Shown here: one piece after another, positions 1 through 8,967 of the stretch
Layout: every line of letters begins with the position of its first letter
Position numbering within the stretch: the stretch's first letter is position 1
Origin: Candidatus Gribaldobacteria bacterium
GTDB taxonomy: Bacteria > Patescibacteriota > Minisyncoccia > Minisyncoccales > CG1-02-41-26
Length of the DNA: 39,407 nt
Reading direction: 5' to 3'
NCBI GenBank assembly: GCA_026396705.1
Contig: JAPLWE010000058.1
Coordinates: 1 to 39,407 of the forward strand
Notes under the pieces: generated by a model
Told to the model about the DNA's origin: nothing
Seen by the model: only the letters and a program-made list of their open reading frames with translations
Databases searched by the model: none
Translations under genes and position numbers: made by a program

Positions 1-113
1 AATGGTAAAGAGATCATCCCTACTGCAAATAATCCCCAAAGAGTTAAAACAGCTGCGATAATCAGCAGAAAATAATCAGGTAGAGATTTTTTTTTAATTA
101 CTTTTTTGTCCAT
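1..113 (-). CDS. ftsW: Cell division protein FtsW/RodA family, N-terminal fragment (runs off window)
   Basis: Manual translation from ATG at 113 gives MDKKVIKKKSLPDYFLLIIAAVLTLWGLFAVGMISLP, a typical first SEDS TM helix. It follows mraY-murD, the dcw order. Confidence 0.7.
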   Translation of the reverse strand, partial: MDKKVIKKKSLPDYFLLIIAAVLTLWGLFAVGMISLP

Positions 114-1434
114 ATTTTTTTACCCATTTTTTGAACTGTTCTCCCCTGTTTTGATAATCCTTAAACATATTAAAACTGGCTGAGGCTGGCGAAAGCAAAC
201 AAATACCGTCTTTGGGCGTTTGTTGATAGCAAATCCTAACCGCCTCTTCCATACTTTGCGCTTGGAAGGAGGGAACCTCCTTCCTTTTAGGAAGGAGGTT
301 CCCTCCTTCCAGCTTGTTTACAATCTTTTGGCCAGTCCCCTGGCCTAGAATAATCAAATTTTTTACTGAGCTCTTGGCAATTTCTTTAGCTAGTAAGCTA
401 TAGTCGCTACCCTTGTCTGAACCGCCAATAATCAAAGAAATTTTTTTGTTGCTAAAAGTTTTAAGGTCTAAAATTGTTGTTTCCGGAACCGTGGCCATTG
501 AATTGTTGTAAAACTCAATGCCTTGATATTTGCCGACGAACTCTAGGCGGTGCGGTAAATTTTGGAAAGTTTTTATGGCTTTTTTAATTTTTTCTTTTTG
601 GATATTAAAGGGAGTAGTGGCTAAAACAGCGGCCAAAACATTTAAGTAATTAAACTCGCCTTGCAGGGGAATTTCTTTGAGGTTGATAATATTTTCAACT
701 ATTTTCAGCTTTGCTTTGTTAAAAGTAACTTGACGCGCTTTGCTTTGGCTGGCGATTTTTTTTACTAATGGCTCTTGGCCATTATAAACTAAAAGGTCGT
801 TTTTTGTTTGATGTATGGCTATATTTGCTTTAGCCTTGGCGTATTCCTGGAAATTAGTAAAGTAATCTAAATGATCAGAAAATAAATTTAAAAAAACAGC
901 GATTTGTGGCGATTTTTTAAGATCCCGTAACTGCTGAGCTGATATTTCATAAACCGCAATGTGGTCGGGCTTGGCGTTGAGTAGATACTGCATGACAGGA
1001 TTGCCTACATTGCCAAGAAAAAACGCTTTCAAACGAGCAGTTTTGAGAATTTGATAAATCAAACCAGAAGTGGTGCCCTTACCTTTAGTGCCAGTTACCC
1101 CAATAATCAACCCGGGAAAATTATCAAAAAATATTTCGGCCTGCGAAGTTGTTTGTAGGGAACCGAGTTCCTTACATGAAATGCCGGGGGCCTTAATAAT
1201 CAAATCATACTCCCCCGCTTTATTTAAGTAATTGTTTCCAAAATATTTTTTTAAGTTTTTATCTTTGGCTAAAATTGTTTGAACTTTTTTGTCAAAATAT
1301 TTTAATTCCTTTTTATCGGCCACTGCTAAAATCTTATGCGGAAATATTTTGCGCAAAGCCAAATAACTGTCAATCCCCTCTTTGCCCAACCCCAAAATCA
1401 AAATATTTTTATTTTCTAAATTTTCTAATTTCAT
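94..1434 (-). CDS. murD: UDP-N-acetylmuramoyl-L-alanine--D-glutamate ligase
   Basis: GLGKEG, GVTGTKGKGTT P-loop, NLFSDHLDY, LPHRLE, LLSPASASFNMFKDYQNRGEQF motifs. Confidence 0.95.
   Translation of the reverse strand: MKLENLENKNILILGLGKEGIDSYLALRKIFPHKILAVADKKELKYFDKKVQTILAKDKNLKKYFGNNYLNKAGEYDLIIKAPGISCKELGSLQTTSQAEIFFDNFPGLIIGVTGTKGKGTTSGLIYQILKTARLKAFFLGNVGNPVMQYLLNAKPDHIAVYEISAQQLRDLKKSPQIAVFLNLFSDHLDYFTNFQEYAKAKANIAIHQTKNDLLVYNGQEPLVKKIASQSKARQVTFNKAKLKIVENIINLKEIPLQGEFNYLNVLAAVLATTPFNIQKEKIKKAIKTFQNLPHRLEFVGKYQGIEFYNNSMATVPETTILDLKTFSNKKISLIIGGSDKGSDYSLLAKEIAKSSVKNLIILGQGTGQKIVNKLEGGNLLPKRKEVPSFQAQSMEEAVRICYQQTPKDGICLLSPASASFNMFKDYQNRGEQFKKWVKKYGQKSN
263..311. repeat. Perfect 23-bp inverted repeat of two self-palindromic 21-mers (REP/REPIN-like), in frame inside murD
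   Basis: GGAAGGAGG-GAA-CCTCCTTCC (264-284), TTTTA, then GGAAGGAGG-TTC-CCTCCTTCC (290-310). Confidence 0.9.
1154..1176. repeat. Short REP-like palindrome inside murD
   Basis: TGTAGGGAAC-CGA-GTTCCTTACA. Nearly identical to the reverse complement of the palindrome at 20923-20945. Confidence 0.75.
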
Positions 1435-1445
1435 TTTTAAAATAA

Positions 1446-2504
1446 TTAACCAAGTAATCTAATGGCTACGCCGATAATGGCCAGCACTAAGTTGATAATC
1501 CAAAAACGCATCGTGATTTTTTCTCGCGACCAGCCAATGGCTTCTAAGTGGTGATGAATAGGTGTGCAAAGAAAAATTTTTTTGTGGAAAAACTTTTTAG
1601 AAAAAAGCTGGATTATAATTGAACCAACTTCAACCACCAAAAGCCCCGCTATTATTGGCAAAACCAGCAAAGAATCAGTTAAAAAAGCCACGGCCGCTAA
1701 AACAACTGTTAGGCCCAAACTACCGGTTTCACTCATATAAAAACGAGCGGGTGGAACATTGAACCACAAAAAAGACAGGGTCGCTCCAGCAATCACCGCG
1801 CAAAAAGTAGCTAAATCGTATTGACCGTTGGTATAGGCAATAATGGCAAAAGCGCTAAACATAATACTGAAAACACCACCCGATAGGCCATCAATGCCAT
1901 CAATCACTCCACCTGCCCAACAAGCCAAAGTAGTTATTATGAATAATGGCAGATACCATAAACCAATTTCTAAATTACCATCACCCGGAATATGGATAGA
2001 GCTATAGCCTAGCTTAAAATAAAACCACCAAGCTCCAATTATGCCCATTAGAAGCACAATGGCTAGCCGACGGGTAAAGCGCATACCTCCACCCACATAC
2101 TTGCCCTTGCTCAAAACCTGTAAAATATCATCTCCTAGGCCTAATAGACTGCCCGCCACCAATAATCCTAAGGGCAACCAAGTTTGGCTACGCGATAAAA
2201 AATTAAGATGGTTCCAGACAGGGTTTTGCGGAAAAATAGCGTCAAGCATGGCAAATAAGAAAATTACAAACACCGTAGTAACCCAAATCAATAACCCGCC
2301 CATGCGTGGTGTGGAAACCTCTTTTTCTTTATGTAGCTGGTGAAAAACTGTGGCCGGGGTCCCGTCAATAGCTTTGAGACGGGCGGTTTTGCGCCATAGC
2401 TTGTGCTTGTATAAAAAATTAGTCAAAAATGGCGTCCATAAGACAGCCAGCATTGAAGAAAAAGCGCAAAGCAATAAAACTTTAATAATATGTTCAGAAG
2501 CCAT
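1446..2504 (-). CDS. mraY: Phospho-N-acetylmuramoyl-pentapeptide transferase
   Basis: TPRMGG, GLGDD, DGIDGL, FNVPPARFYM, PIHHHLE motifs; multiple TM helices. Confidence 0.95.
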   Translation of the reverse strand: MASEHIIKVLLLCAFSSMLAVLWTPFLTNFLYKHKLWRKTARLKAIDGTPATVFHQLHKEKEVSTPRMGGLLIWVTTVFVIFLFAMLDAIFPQNPVWNHLNFLSRSQTWLPLGLLVAGSLLGLGDDILQVLSKGKYVGGGMRFTRRLAIVLLMGIIGAWWFYFKLGYSSIHIPGDGNLEIGLWYLPLFIITTLACWAGGVIDGIDGLSGGVFSIMFSAFAIIAYTNGQYDLATFCAVIAGATLSFLWFNVPPARFYMSETGSLGLTVVLAAVAFLTDSLLVLPIIAGLLVVEVGSIIIQLFSKKFFHKKIFLCTPIHHHLEAIGWSREKITMRFWIINLVLAIIGVAIRLLG

Positions 2505-3420
2505 AGGCAGTGATGATATTTTCCATATCCTTAAACTTGTCGGGCGAATTTAACACTACGGCCACAAAATGGCTTTGTGGATTTTTACCTTGTAAAATGA
2601 GTAATAAGCAACCCCCTGCTCTTTCGGTGGTGCCGGTTTTGCCGCCAATGATGCTAGGAAATTTACCTAATAATTCGTTGGTATTAGTTAATGGGTGGTA
2701 AAATTCGCCACCTTGCGAATAAACAGCTGTTTCTTTTTCGCTTAGAATTTTGGTTATTTCAGGATGATGATAAAAAATATACTGGGCTAATCTAGTTAAA
2801 TCAAAAGCGGTTGATTGATTGATCTGCTCCTCGGACAAGCCGCTGTCTTCGGGGTCAAGGCCATTGGGGCTAAAAAAGGTAGTGCTTTCCATGCCCAAAT
2901 CTTTAGCCTTGAGATTCATTAAAGCCACAAAACCAGCTGGCCCGTCCATTGGCGCGGTTAAAGCAAAAGCAGCATCGTTGCTGGATTCAATTAGCATAAT
3001 TCGCAACAAATCGCTTAAATTAAATTGCTCCCCTGCTTTCAGGTTGCCACTGGCATCGAGTTGGTCTATGGCTTGTTTGTTAATAATAATAGTTTGATTT
3101 TTTTCGTAAAATTCAGCCGCTATCACAGCAGTCATCATCTTAGTTAAGCTGGCAATCGGTTCTTTTTGTGTTTGATTTTTGGCAAAAATAATTTTGGGCT
3201 GGCTGTCTCCAGTTATTTCGGCCAATAAGGCGCTGGTGGCCGCGATTTCTGGCTGTTGAGCGGGCGTGATGACTTTATTATTCGGTGAGGTGGCTTGCTC
3301 TATATTGGCTATGAGCTGTTGCTTGTAAACAAAAGTTGTTTTTTGTAAATCATTAATTCCAAAACCAACAATTGCCCCAATGGCGATGGCTATTAAAAAG
3401 ATAAAAATGATTTTTTTCAT
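2494..3420 (-). CDS. D-alanyl-D-alanine carboxypeptidase (peptidase S11, low-MW PBP)
   Basis: SxxK (ASLTK), SxN (ESSND) and KTG (GGKTGTT) motifs; N-terminal signal anchor. Confidence 0.9.
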   Translation of the reverse strand: MKKIIFIFLIAIAIGAIVGFGINDLQKTTFVYKQQLIANIEQATSPNNKVITPAQQPEIAATSALLAEITGDSQPKIIFAKNQTQKEPIASLTKMMTAVIAAEFYEKNQTIIINKQAIDQLDASGNLKAGEQFNLSDLLRIMLIESSNDAAFALTAPMDGPAGFVALMNLKAKDLGMESTTFFSPNGLDPEDSGLSEEQINQSTAFDLTRLAQYIFYHHPEITKILSEKETAVYSQGGEFYHPLTNTNELLGKFPSIIGGKTGTTERAGGCLLLILQGKNPQSHFVAVVLNSPDKFKDMENIITAYGF

Positions 3421-3423
3421 ATC

Positions 3424-3792
3424 TTATGGAAGATAGCTCATTATTTTCTCTACGATTTCTTGAGGAGTAAATTCTGTTTTGATTAAGTAGTCTAAAACAC
3501 CCAATTCTCTGGCTTTTTCTCTAGCGATTTTATTGTCATAGTTAGAAAAAGCCACTACTTTTGTTTTGGCTATGTTGCTGGGGATACGTCTTAATTGCTC
3601 TAACATCTCTAAGCCACTGGCATTGGGCAGTAAAATATCCAATAGGACTAAGTCTGGGGCTTCTTGCTCTAATATTAGCAAGCCTTCTTCAGCGCTTTCC
3701 GCTGACATGACATTTAACCCATGTTCAGCAAAAACCTGACAATACATTTCTCTTAATAATGGTTCATCTTCAATAATTAAAAGCTTTGACAT
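3424..3792 (-). CDS. Single-domain response regulator (CheY-like receiver)
   Basis: LIIEDE, DLVLLDILLP phospho-Asp, DYLIK; 122 aa with no output domain. Confidence 0.9.
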   Translation of the reverse strand: MSKLLIIEDEPLLREMYCQVFAEHGLNVMSAESAEEGLLILEQEAPDLVLLDILLPNASGLEMLEQLRRIPSNIAKTKVVAFSNYDNKIAREKARELGVLDYLIKTEFTPQEIVEKIMSYLP

Positions 3793-4973
3793 AAAATTTT
3801 AATAAATTTTCTTTTACCAACCTGAATGGTTATGTCATTTTCAATTTTTATAATTTCCTGCCAGTCGGTTTTTGTTTGGCTGTTCATTTCAACCGCGCCA
3901 CCTAAAACCATTCTCTTGGCTTCGGCCTTGGAGGGCGTCAAGCCACTTTCAAATAACAAATCCAAGATATTATACTCTCCTTTTTTAGCTTGCCATTGCG
4001 GTATTTCGCTGGGCAACTCTTTTTTTTGAAAAATTTTATTGAATTCCTCTTCGGCTTTCGTGGCGGCTTTCTCGCCATGATAAAGCGCCGTAATTTCTTT
4101 GGCTAAACGGGCTTTTTGGTCGCGCGGATTGGCTGTTTCTTGTTTAATCTTGGCGATTTCCGCTAGAGGCAAACGGGTGCAAAGTTCAAAATAATCCCCT
4201 ATCAGCTCGTCTTGCATTGACATTATTTTGCCGAACATATCATCGGGCTCGTCAATAATGGTAATAACATTACCCCAGCTGGTGGACATTTTGCGGCCGT
4301 CCAAACCATTAAGCATTTTTGTAATCAAAATATCTTGAGGGTCTTGCTTGAAAATCTTTTGCATATCTCGACCCCTTTGCAGATTGAACAATTGATCAAA
4401 GCCACCCAGTTCAACATCTGCTTTAACCGCCACCGAATCGTAACCTTGCAATAATGGATAATCCAGCTCATGTAAGCCGATGGGGTTTTCTCTATCCCAC
4501 CTTTCTTTAAAATTTCGCCGTTGAATCATTTGTTGAGCAGTAAATTTTTTAGCAAAATAAGAATATTCCGCATAGGTTAGTTTGCCCAACCATTTATTAT
4601 TATGGCGAACCTCTACTTTTTTCATATCCAATATCTTACCGATTTGTCTTTCGTAGTCTTTCATATTTTCCTTAACTTCTTTTTCAGATAATGATTTTCT
4701 CATTGAATCCTTGTCTGAAGCGTCGCCAATTTGGCCGGTAAAATCGCCAATAATCAAAACAATCTGGTGTCCTAGCTCTTGGAAAGCCTTTAATTTCCAT
4801 AAAAGAATCGCTCGGCCAATGTGAATCTTCGGTCCGGTCGGGTCAATGCCAAACTTTACCCGCAATTGCTTGCCAGACAACAAAGCCACTTCTAGATGCC
4901 CTCTGTTAATCACCTCCTCAACTCCCCTCTCTAAAATCTCTTTAATTTTATTTGGATCTGTATCTATTTTCAT
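3777..4973 (-). CDS. tyrS: Tyrosine--tRNA ligase
   Basis: GIDPTG, HIGR (HIGH variant), YPLLQGYD, GGFDQLFN, KMSTS and a C-terminal S4 domain. Start reassigned to MKIDTD at 4973 because the longer ORF crosses a terminator and another gene. Confidence 0.95.
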   Translation of the reverse strand: MKIDTDPNKIKEILERGVEEVINRGHLEVALLSGKQLRVKFGIDPTGPKIHIGRAILLWKLKAFQELGHQIVLIIGDFTGQIGDASDKDSMRKSLSEKEVKENMKDYERQIGKILDMKKVEVRHNNKWLGKLTYAEYSYFAKKFTAQQMIQRRNFKERWDRENPIGLHELDYPLLQGYDSVAVKADVELGGFDQLFNLQRGRDMQKIFKQDPQDILITKMLNGLDGRKMSTSWGNVITIIDEPDDMFGKIMSMQDELIGDYFELCTRLPLAEIAKIKQETANPRDQKARLAKEITALYHGEKAATKAEEEFNKIFQKKELPSEIPQWQAKKGEYNILDLLFESGLTPSKAEAKRMVLGGAVEMNSQTKTDWQEIIKIENDITIQVGKRKFIKILCQSF

Positions 4974-5020
4974 TCCCCTATCATACTCAAAAACCATTAT
5001 CAACGCAACCTGTGAAAAAC

Positions 5021-5048
5021 AAAAAAGCAGGGTTGTGAACAACCCTGC
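5021..5048 (-). terminator. Rho-independent terminator after the 63-aa ORF
   Basis: Minus strand GCAGGGTTG-TTCA-CAACCCTGC-TTTTTT. Confidence 0.8.
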
Positions 5049-5076
5049 ATAAGAGCTCAAAGTGAAGGTAGGCAGA

Positions 5077-5268
5077 TTACTCTGCCTGCTTAATAGAAAC
5101 CATTGCGGTTTCTTCAATGAAGATATAAGTTTCTTCATTGAAAGAAACCGCGTTTCGTTTTTCTCCGCTTGGTGTTTCGAACAATGTTACTTTCATATAC
5201 TTTTCATTATCTAATTCGAAACACTTTTGGATAGAAACCTCAGAAAACTCTAACATCTTTTTGCACAT
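5077..5268 (-). CDS. Small hypothetical protein (63 aa), beta-rich, resembles small phage-type proteins
   Basis: SD-like GGGGGTGA a few nt upstream of the ATG, own terminator and candidate promoter. The F..L....YMKV...NAV pattern is recognised from memory only. Confidence 0.6.
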   Translation of the reverse strand: MCKKMLEFSEVSIQKCFELDNEKYMKVTLFETPSGEKRNAVSFNEETYIFIEETAMVSIKQAE

Positions 5269-5460
5269 TTTTTCACCCCCTTAAGGTGGAATAATTTTAA
5301 AGTTCTGTCCTTCCCTAAATAAAAATCCCTTTCGGGAAGGGAGGGAGTGTAATTTTATGGTAAAGATACTTTCAATGTATTACAACCGCTCTCTTCCCGC
5401 AAGGGAGAGTTTGTGGTTGTTGGGAACAATTTTTTATTATCAAATTCATATTACTAAAAT

Positions 5461-5488
5461 AATATATCGATTAGCTGGTCATTGTCAA
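5461..5488 (-). promoter_or_regulatory. Candidate sigma70 promoter for the 63-aa ORF
   Basis: TTGACA (5488-5483)-N16-TATATT (5466-5461). Confidence 0.5.
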
Positions 5489-5517
5489 TATGAAAGGCAA
5501 TTTTTTTCTTCTTGCCT

Positions 5518-7227
5518 TTACATTTGCTCTAAGGTTTCAATGCCTAAGAGGTTGAGCGATTTTTGCAAGATGATGGCCACGGCCGAGACAAGGCTAAGCC
5601 TAGCGGCAATTAATTGAGGATTGTCGGCATTGAGTACCGAATGTTTTTGATAAAACTGGTTAAAGGACTTGGCTAAGTCATAGGCGTAAAGCGCTATTTT
5701 TGAGGGGTTAAAAGTATCTCCAGCCGTGGCCACGGTTTGATTGAAAGCCATAAGTTTTTGGGCTAGCAAAAGTTCTTGTTCATTGCCCAATAAAGAATAG
5801 TTGGGTTTATCAGCGGTGGCAGGGGCTGAACGCACAATGCTTTTGGCTCGGGCGTAAGCGTATTGGCAATACGGTCCGGTGAAGCCCTCAAATGATAGCG
5901 AATCCTGCGGGTTAAAATGAATATCTTGCGCAGCTCCCACCCGCAAAAGATAAAATTTAATAGCTGATAAAGCGATTGTTAGAGCTCTATCCCCTGTTAC
6001 TTTTCCCGGAGATCGTTTTTCAATTTCTACTTGCGCTAATTTTTCCATTTGAGCGATTAGATCATCAGCATCAACCACTTTGCCCTCACGGGATTTCATC
6101 TTACCTTCGGGCAAATAAACCATACCATAAGACAGATGGTGACAGTTTTTGGCCCAAGGATAGCCCAATTTTTCTAATAGCCAAAACAGCGCTCTAAAAT
6201 GATAATTCTGCTCCGAGCCCACCACATAGATTGATTGGTCTAACTTATAATCCTGAAATTTTAAAACCGCCGTGCCTAAATCCTGCGTCATGTAAACACT
6301 AGTGCCATCTTCTCTCTGCAAGGTAATTTTTTTTGGTTGGTTATCTTGGTCAAGCCCAAATTCGTCAATCGATAATTCGGCGATTATAGCGCCATTGTCT
6401 GTTTGTTGAAATACGCCTTTATCAATTCCCTGCTGAATAACATTTTTACCCAGCTTATAGGTCTGGCTTTCATAGAGAGTTGCGTCAAATTGCAGGCCAA
6501 ATCGCTCGTAGGTGGCCTTAAAACCCTCGTAAACCCAGCTATTCATCATTTCCCATAGTTTGAGGGTGGCCTGATCGCCTTGCTCCCATTTTTGCAACAT
6601 TTCCTGCGTTTCTTGCTCCAAATTTGGGTCTTTTTCTGCTTCAACGGCGTATCGGATATACCATTGGCCCACAAAATGGTCGCCTTTGGTGTTGGTTGAT
6701 TGGGGGGTGGCCCCATCTGCCCATTTCTGCCAAGCCAGCATTGATTTGCAAATGTGTACTCCCCTATCATTAACTAAATTAGCTTTAATTACTCCATAGC
6801 CAGCGAACTGCAAGATATTGGCCACAGCCATACCTAAAGCGCCATTGCGCAAGTGGCCCAAATGCAAAGGTTTGTTGGTGTTGGGCGAGAGATATTCCAC
6901 CATTATTTTACCTCGCCTGCTATAGCCTTTGGCGGAGTCGGGTTTTGGGTTGGTAATTTCTTCTAGCACAGCACTAAATAAAACTTGTCGATTGATCTGA
7001 AAATTAACATAAGGACCAACAGCAGTGGCTTTTTCTATTATTTCGTTAGTGGGAAAGTTTTCAGCTAGAGAGGAAGCAATTTCTGTTGGCGATTTTTTTA
7101 ATTGCCCGGCCAAGGCAAAACATTCCAAGGCTAAATCGCCCATTTGTGTATTGGGCGGAAAAACAAAAGAAGGCTCGCCTATGGCTAAGCTATCGCTGAT
7201 TATTTTTTTAATTGCTTCAATGTTCAT
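5518..7227 (-). CDS. argS: Arginine--tRNA ligase
   Basis: VEYLSPNTNKPLHLGHLRN, KMKSREG, FEGFTGPYCQYAYAR, LLGIETLEQM C-terminus. Confidence 0.97.
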   Translation of the reverse strand: MNIEAIKKIISDSLAIGEPSFVFPPNTQMGDLALECFALAGQLKKSPTEIASSLAENFPTNEIIEKATAVGPYVNFQINRQVLFSAVLEEITNPKPDSAKGYSRRGKIMVEYLSPNTNKPLHLGHLRNGALGMAVANILQFAGYGVIKANLVNDRGVHICKSMLAWQKWADGATPQSTNTKGDHFVGQWYIRYAVEAEKDPNLEQETQEMLQKWEQGDQATLKLWEMMNSWVYEGFKATYERFGLQFDATLYESQTYKLGKNVIQQGIDKGVFQQTDNGAIIAELSIDEFGLDQDNQPKKITLQREDGTSVYMTQDLGTAVLKFQDYKLDQSIYVVGSEQNYHFRALFWLLEKLGYPWAKNCHHLSYGMVYLPEGKMKSREGKVVDADDLIAQMEKLAQVEIEKRSPGKVTGDRALTIALSAIKFYLLRVGAAQDIHFNPQDSLSFEGFTGPYCQYAYARAKSIVRSAPATADKPNYSLLGNEQELLLAQKLMAFNQTVATAGDTFNPSKIALYAYDLAKSFNQFYQKHSVLNADNPQLIAARLSLVSAVAIILQKSLNLLGIETLEQM

Positions 7228-7913
7228 AAAATCGTTGTGCCCGCAAATCTTTGGTTGTTGAGTATTTTTTGAAAATTAGGTAAGTTGCGCCCGTCAGCCA
7301 CAATTACGGCGATTTTATTTTTCTGCGCCAAACGGCTAGCTACTGGGTCAAAAGGCGTATTGAGACCGGGCGTCCACTTGCTCGGGATAATCTTAAAATA
7401 ATCTTGCCAACTTACTTGAATAAGTGGCTTGGCGGTTGGGTCTTTGTCGGGATTGGCGGTATAAACAAAATGCGGTTTGCCTAAATTTATAACTGTATTG
7501 ATTTTCAAATCAATGGCCGCTTGAACCGCAGTTAAATCGCTTGAATGCCCGGGTTGTCCGAAACAGGTTATAATTATTGAATATTTGTTAAAAACTTTGG
7601 AATTATTTTCGTCGCTTGACGAAATAAGCCGCGCCTGATTTCCCAGTATTGTTTTAAGTAATAAACCGTTTAGTTTGATGGCCTCAATACCCAGCCAATC
7701 TCGCTCGTTATTTGATATTTTAGCGATTTTTAGGGCAGTTTGTTGATAATTGCGAGCTAATTGTCCCCCACCCGCGACAATCGCAAACTTAAAATCATTT
7801 TTAATGTTTTTAAGCAAAAAATCGCGGAGTTTTTTAATATAGGTCTCGTCCAAGCTTTGCGGATACATTACTGATCCGCCCAGAGAAATAACAAAAGTTT
7901 TATTGTTTGACAT
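7224..7913 (-). CDS. pyrH: UMP kinase, archaeal-type
   Basis: VISLGGS, AGGGQLARNYQ, RDWLGI, PGHSSD, PFDPVAS motifs. Confidence 0.88.
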   Translation of the reverse strand: MSNNKTFVISLGGSVMYPQSLDETYIKKLRDFLLKNIKNDFKFAIVAGGGQLARNYQQTALKIAKISNNERDWLGIEAIKLNGLLLKTILGNQARLISSSDENNSKVFNKYSIIITCFGQPGHSSDLTAVQAAIDLKINTVINLGKPHFVYTANPDKDPTAKPLIQVSWQDYFKIIPSKWTPGLNTPFDPVASRLAQKNKIAVIVADGRNLPNFQKILNNQRFAGTTIL

Positions 7914-7915
7914 AT

Positions 7916-8578
7916 TTAGTTGATCGGCACAACCTGCCCCAAAAATTCAGGGCTTGCATTTATGTTAATATCTAGCCACGCTTTAATGTTGGCCAGTTTT
8001 TCCCGGGCGATATTCAGCCAGATATTGCGATATGGCCGTTTGTCAGCCGGAAAGCCGTAAACCTCCATGCCTAATTGCCGGCCTAAATAGACTGCTCGTG
8101 GCAAATGAAAGTTTTGGGTGGCAACCACCAGTTTTTCGGCCTGAAAAACATCTCTAGCGCGGTATAGACTATCATAGGTGTCAAAGCCAGCATAGTCAAG
8201 GAAAATTTTATCTTGCGGTATCCCCTGCCCTAGAAGATATTTTTCAATGGCGGCAGTTTCATTATAGTTTTTTTGGCGATTATCACCGCTTACTAAAAAA
8301 TTTTTCACTTTGCCCGCTCGATACAATTCAATGGCTGTGTCAGCTCTATCTTTGAGCATATCGCTTAAAGTTTGATCGCGATGAACGCTCGCCCCTAGCA
8401 CCAAAACAGTTTGCAAGTTTGGCAGTTTTTCTATGTCAGTAAAAATATAGGGTTGGCTGATAGAAACCACATTGAGGTTAATTAAAATAATAGCAATAAA
8501 CAAAGCTATGGCCATAACATCTAAGAAAATAACACTTTTCTGCCAAAAATTAAGTTTGGGAAAAAATTTTTTCGCCAT
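7916..8578 (-). CDS. SanA/YdcF (DUF218, ElyC-like) envelope protein
   Basis: N-terminal TM, VLVLGA, LVSGDN, DYAGFDTYDS, TQNFHLPRA, REKLA. Confidence 0.9.
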   Translation of the reverse strand: MAKKFFPKLNFWQKSVIFLDVMAIALFIAIILINLNVVSISQPYIFTDIEKLPNLQTVLVLGASVHRDQTLSDMLKDRADTAIELYRAGKVKNFLVSGDNRQKNYNETAAIEKYLLGQGIPQDKIFLDYAGFDTYDSLYRARDVFQAEKLVVATQNFHLPRAVYLGRQLGMEVYGFPADKRPYRNIWLNIAREKLANIKAWLDININASPEFLGQVVPIN

Positions 8579-8587
8579 AAATCATAA

Positions 8588-8965
8588 TTATTTCGGCATA
8601 AAAAACTTTTGGATTTTTTGCCAATCAGTAAACTTTATCGCTCGGTCATCAATGTAATAGCTAGCCTTAGGCTTTAAGGCAGTAATGGCTTGATAATGTT
8701 TGCCTTTTTCGAAACCATTTTTCTTGAGCCACTGGTTAATCATTTGTATTTGTTGTTTAGCTTCAGCTAAGCTACGCACTTCCGGATTAAGGCGAGTAGT
8801 GTGAATAATTATGCCAAAGCCATGCTTGGTTAATTCGCTCATTATTTTTAGAGCGCCTGGCATGGGTTTATCATAAATCGCGCCATCAGCCCAGCCCTTG
8901 GAGTATTTATGTATAACCCCGTCAAAATCTACGGCCAGCGTTTTAACTTTTATTTGTTTTTTCAT
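8588..8965 (-). CDS. Small HAD-superfamily hydrolase/phosphatase
   Basis: Motif I AVDFDGVIH, motif II HTTR, KP..YIDDR. Start placed at MKKQIK just after the valS stop. Confidence 0.8.
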   Translation of the reverse strand: MKKQIKVKTLAVDFDGVIHKYSKGWADGAIYDKPMPGALKIMSELTKHGFGIIIHTTRLNPEVRSLAEAKQQIQMINQWLKKNGFEKGKHYQAITALKPKASYYIDDRAIKFTDWQKIQKFFMPK

Positions 8966-8967
8966 AA

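Noticed and set aside
4974..5517. T-box riboswitch for tyrS, and the 55-aa N-terminal extension of tyrS
   Set aside because: No T-box consensus precedes the terminator. The extension overlaps a terminator and a separate SD-led ORF.
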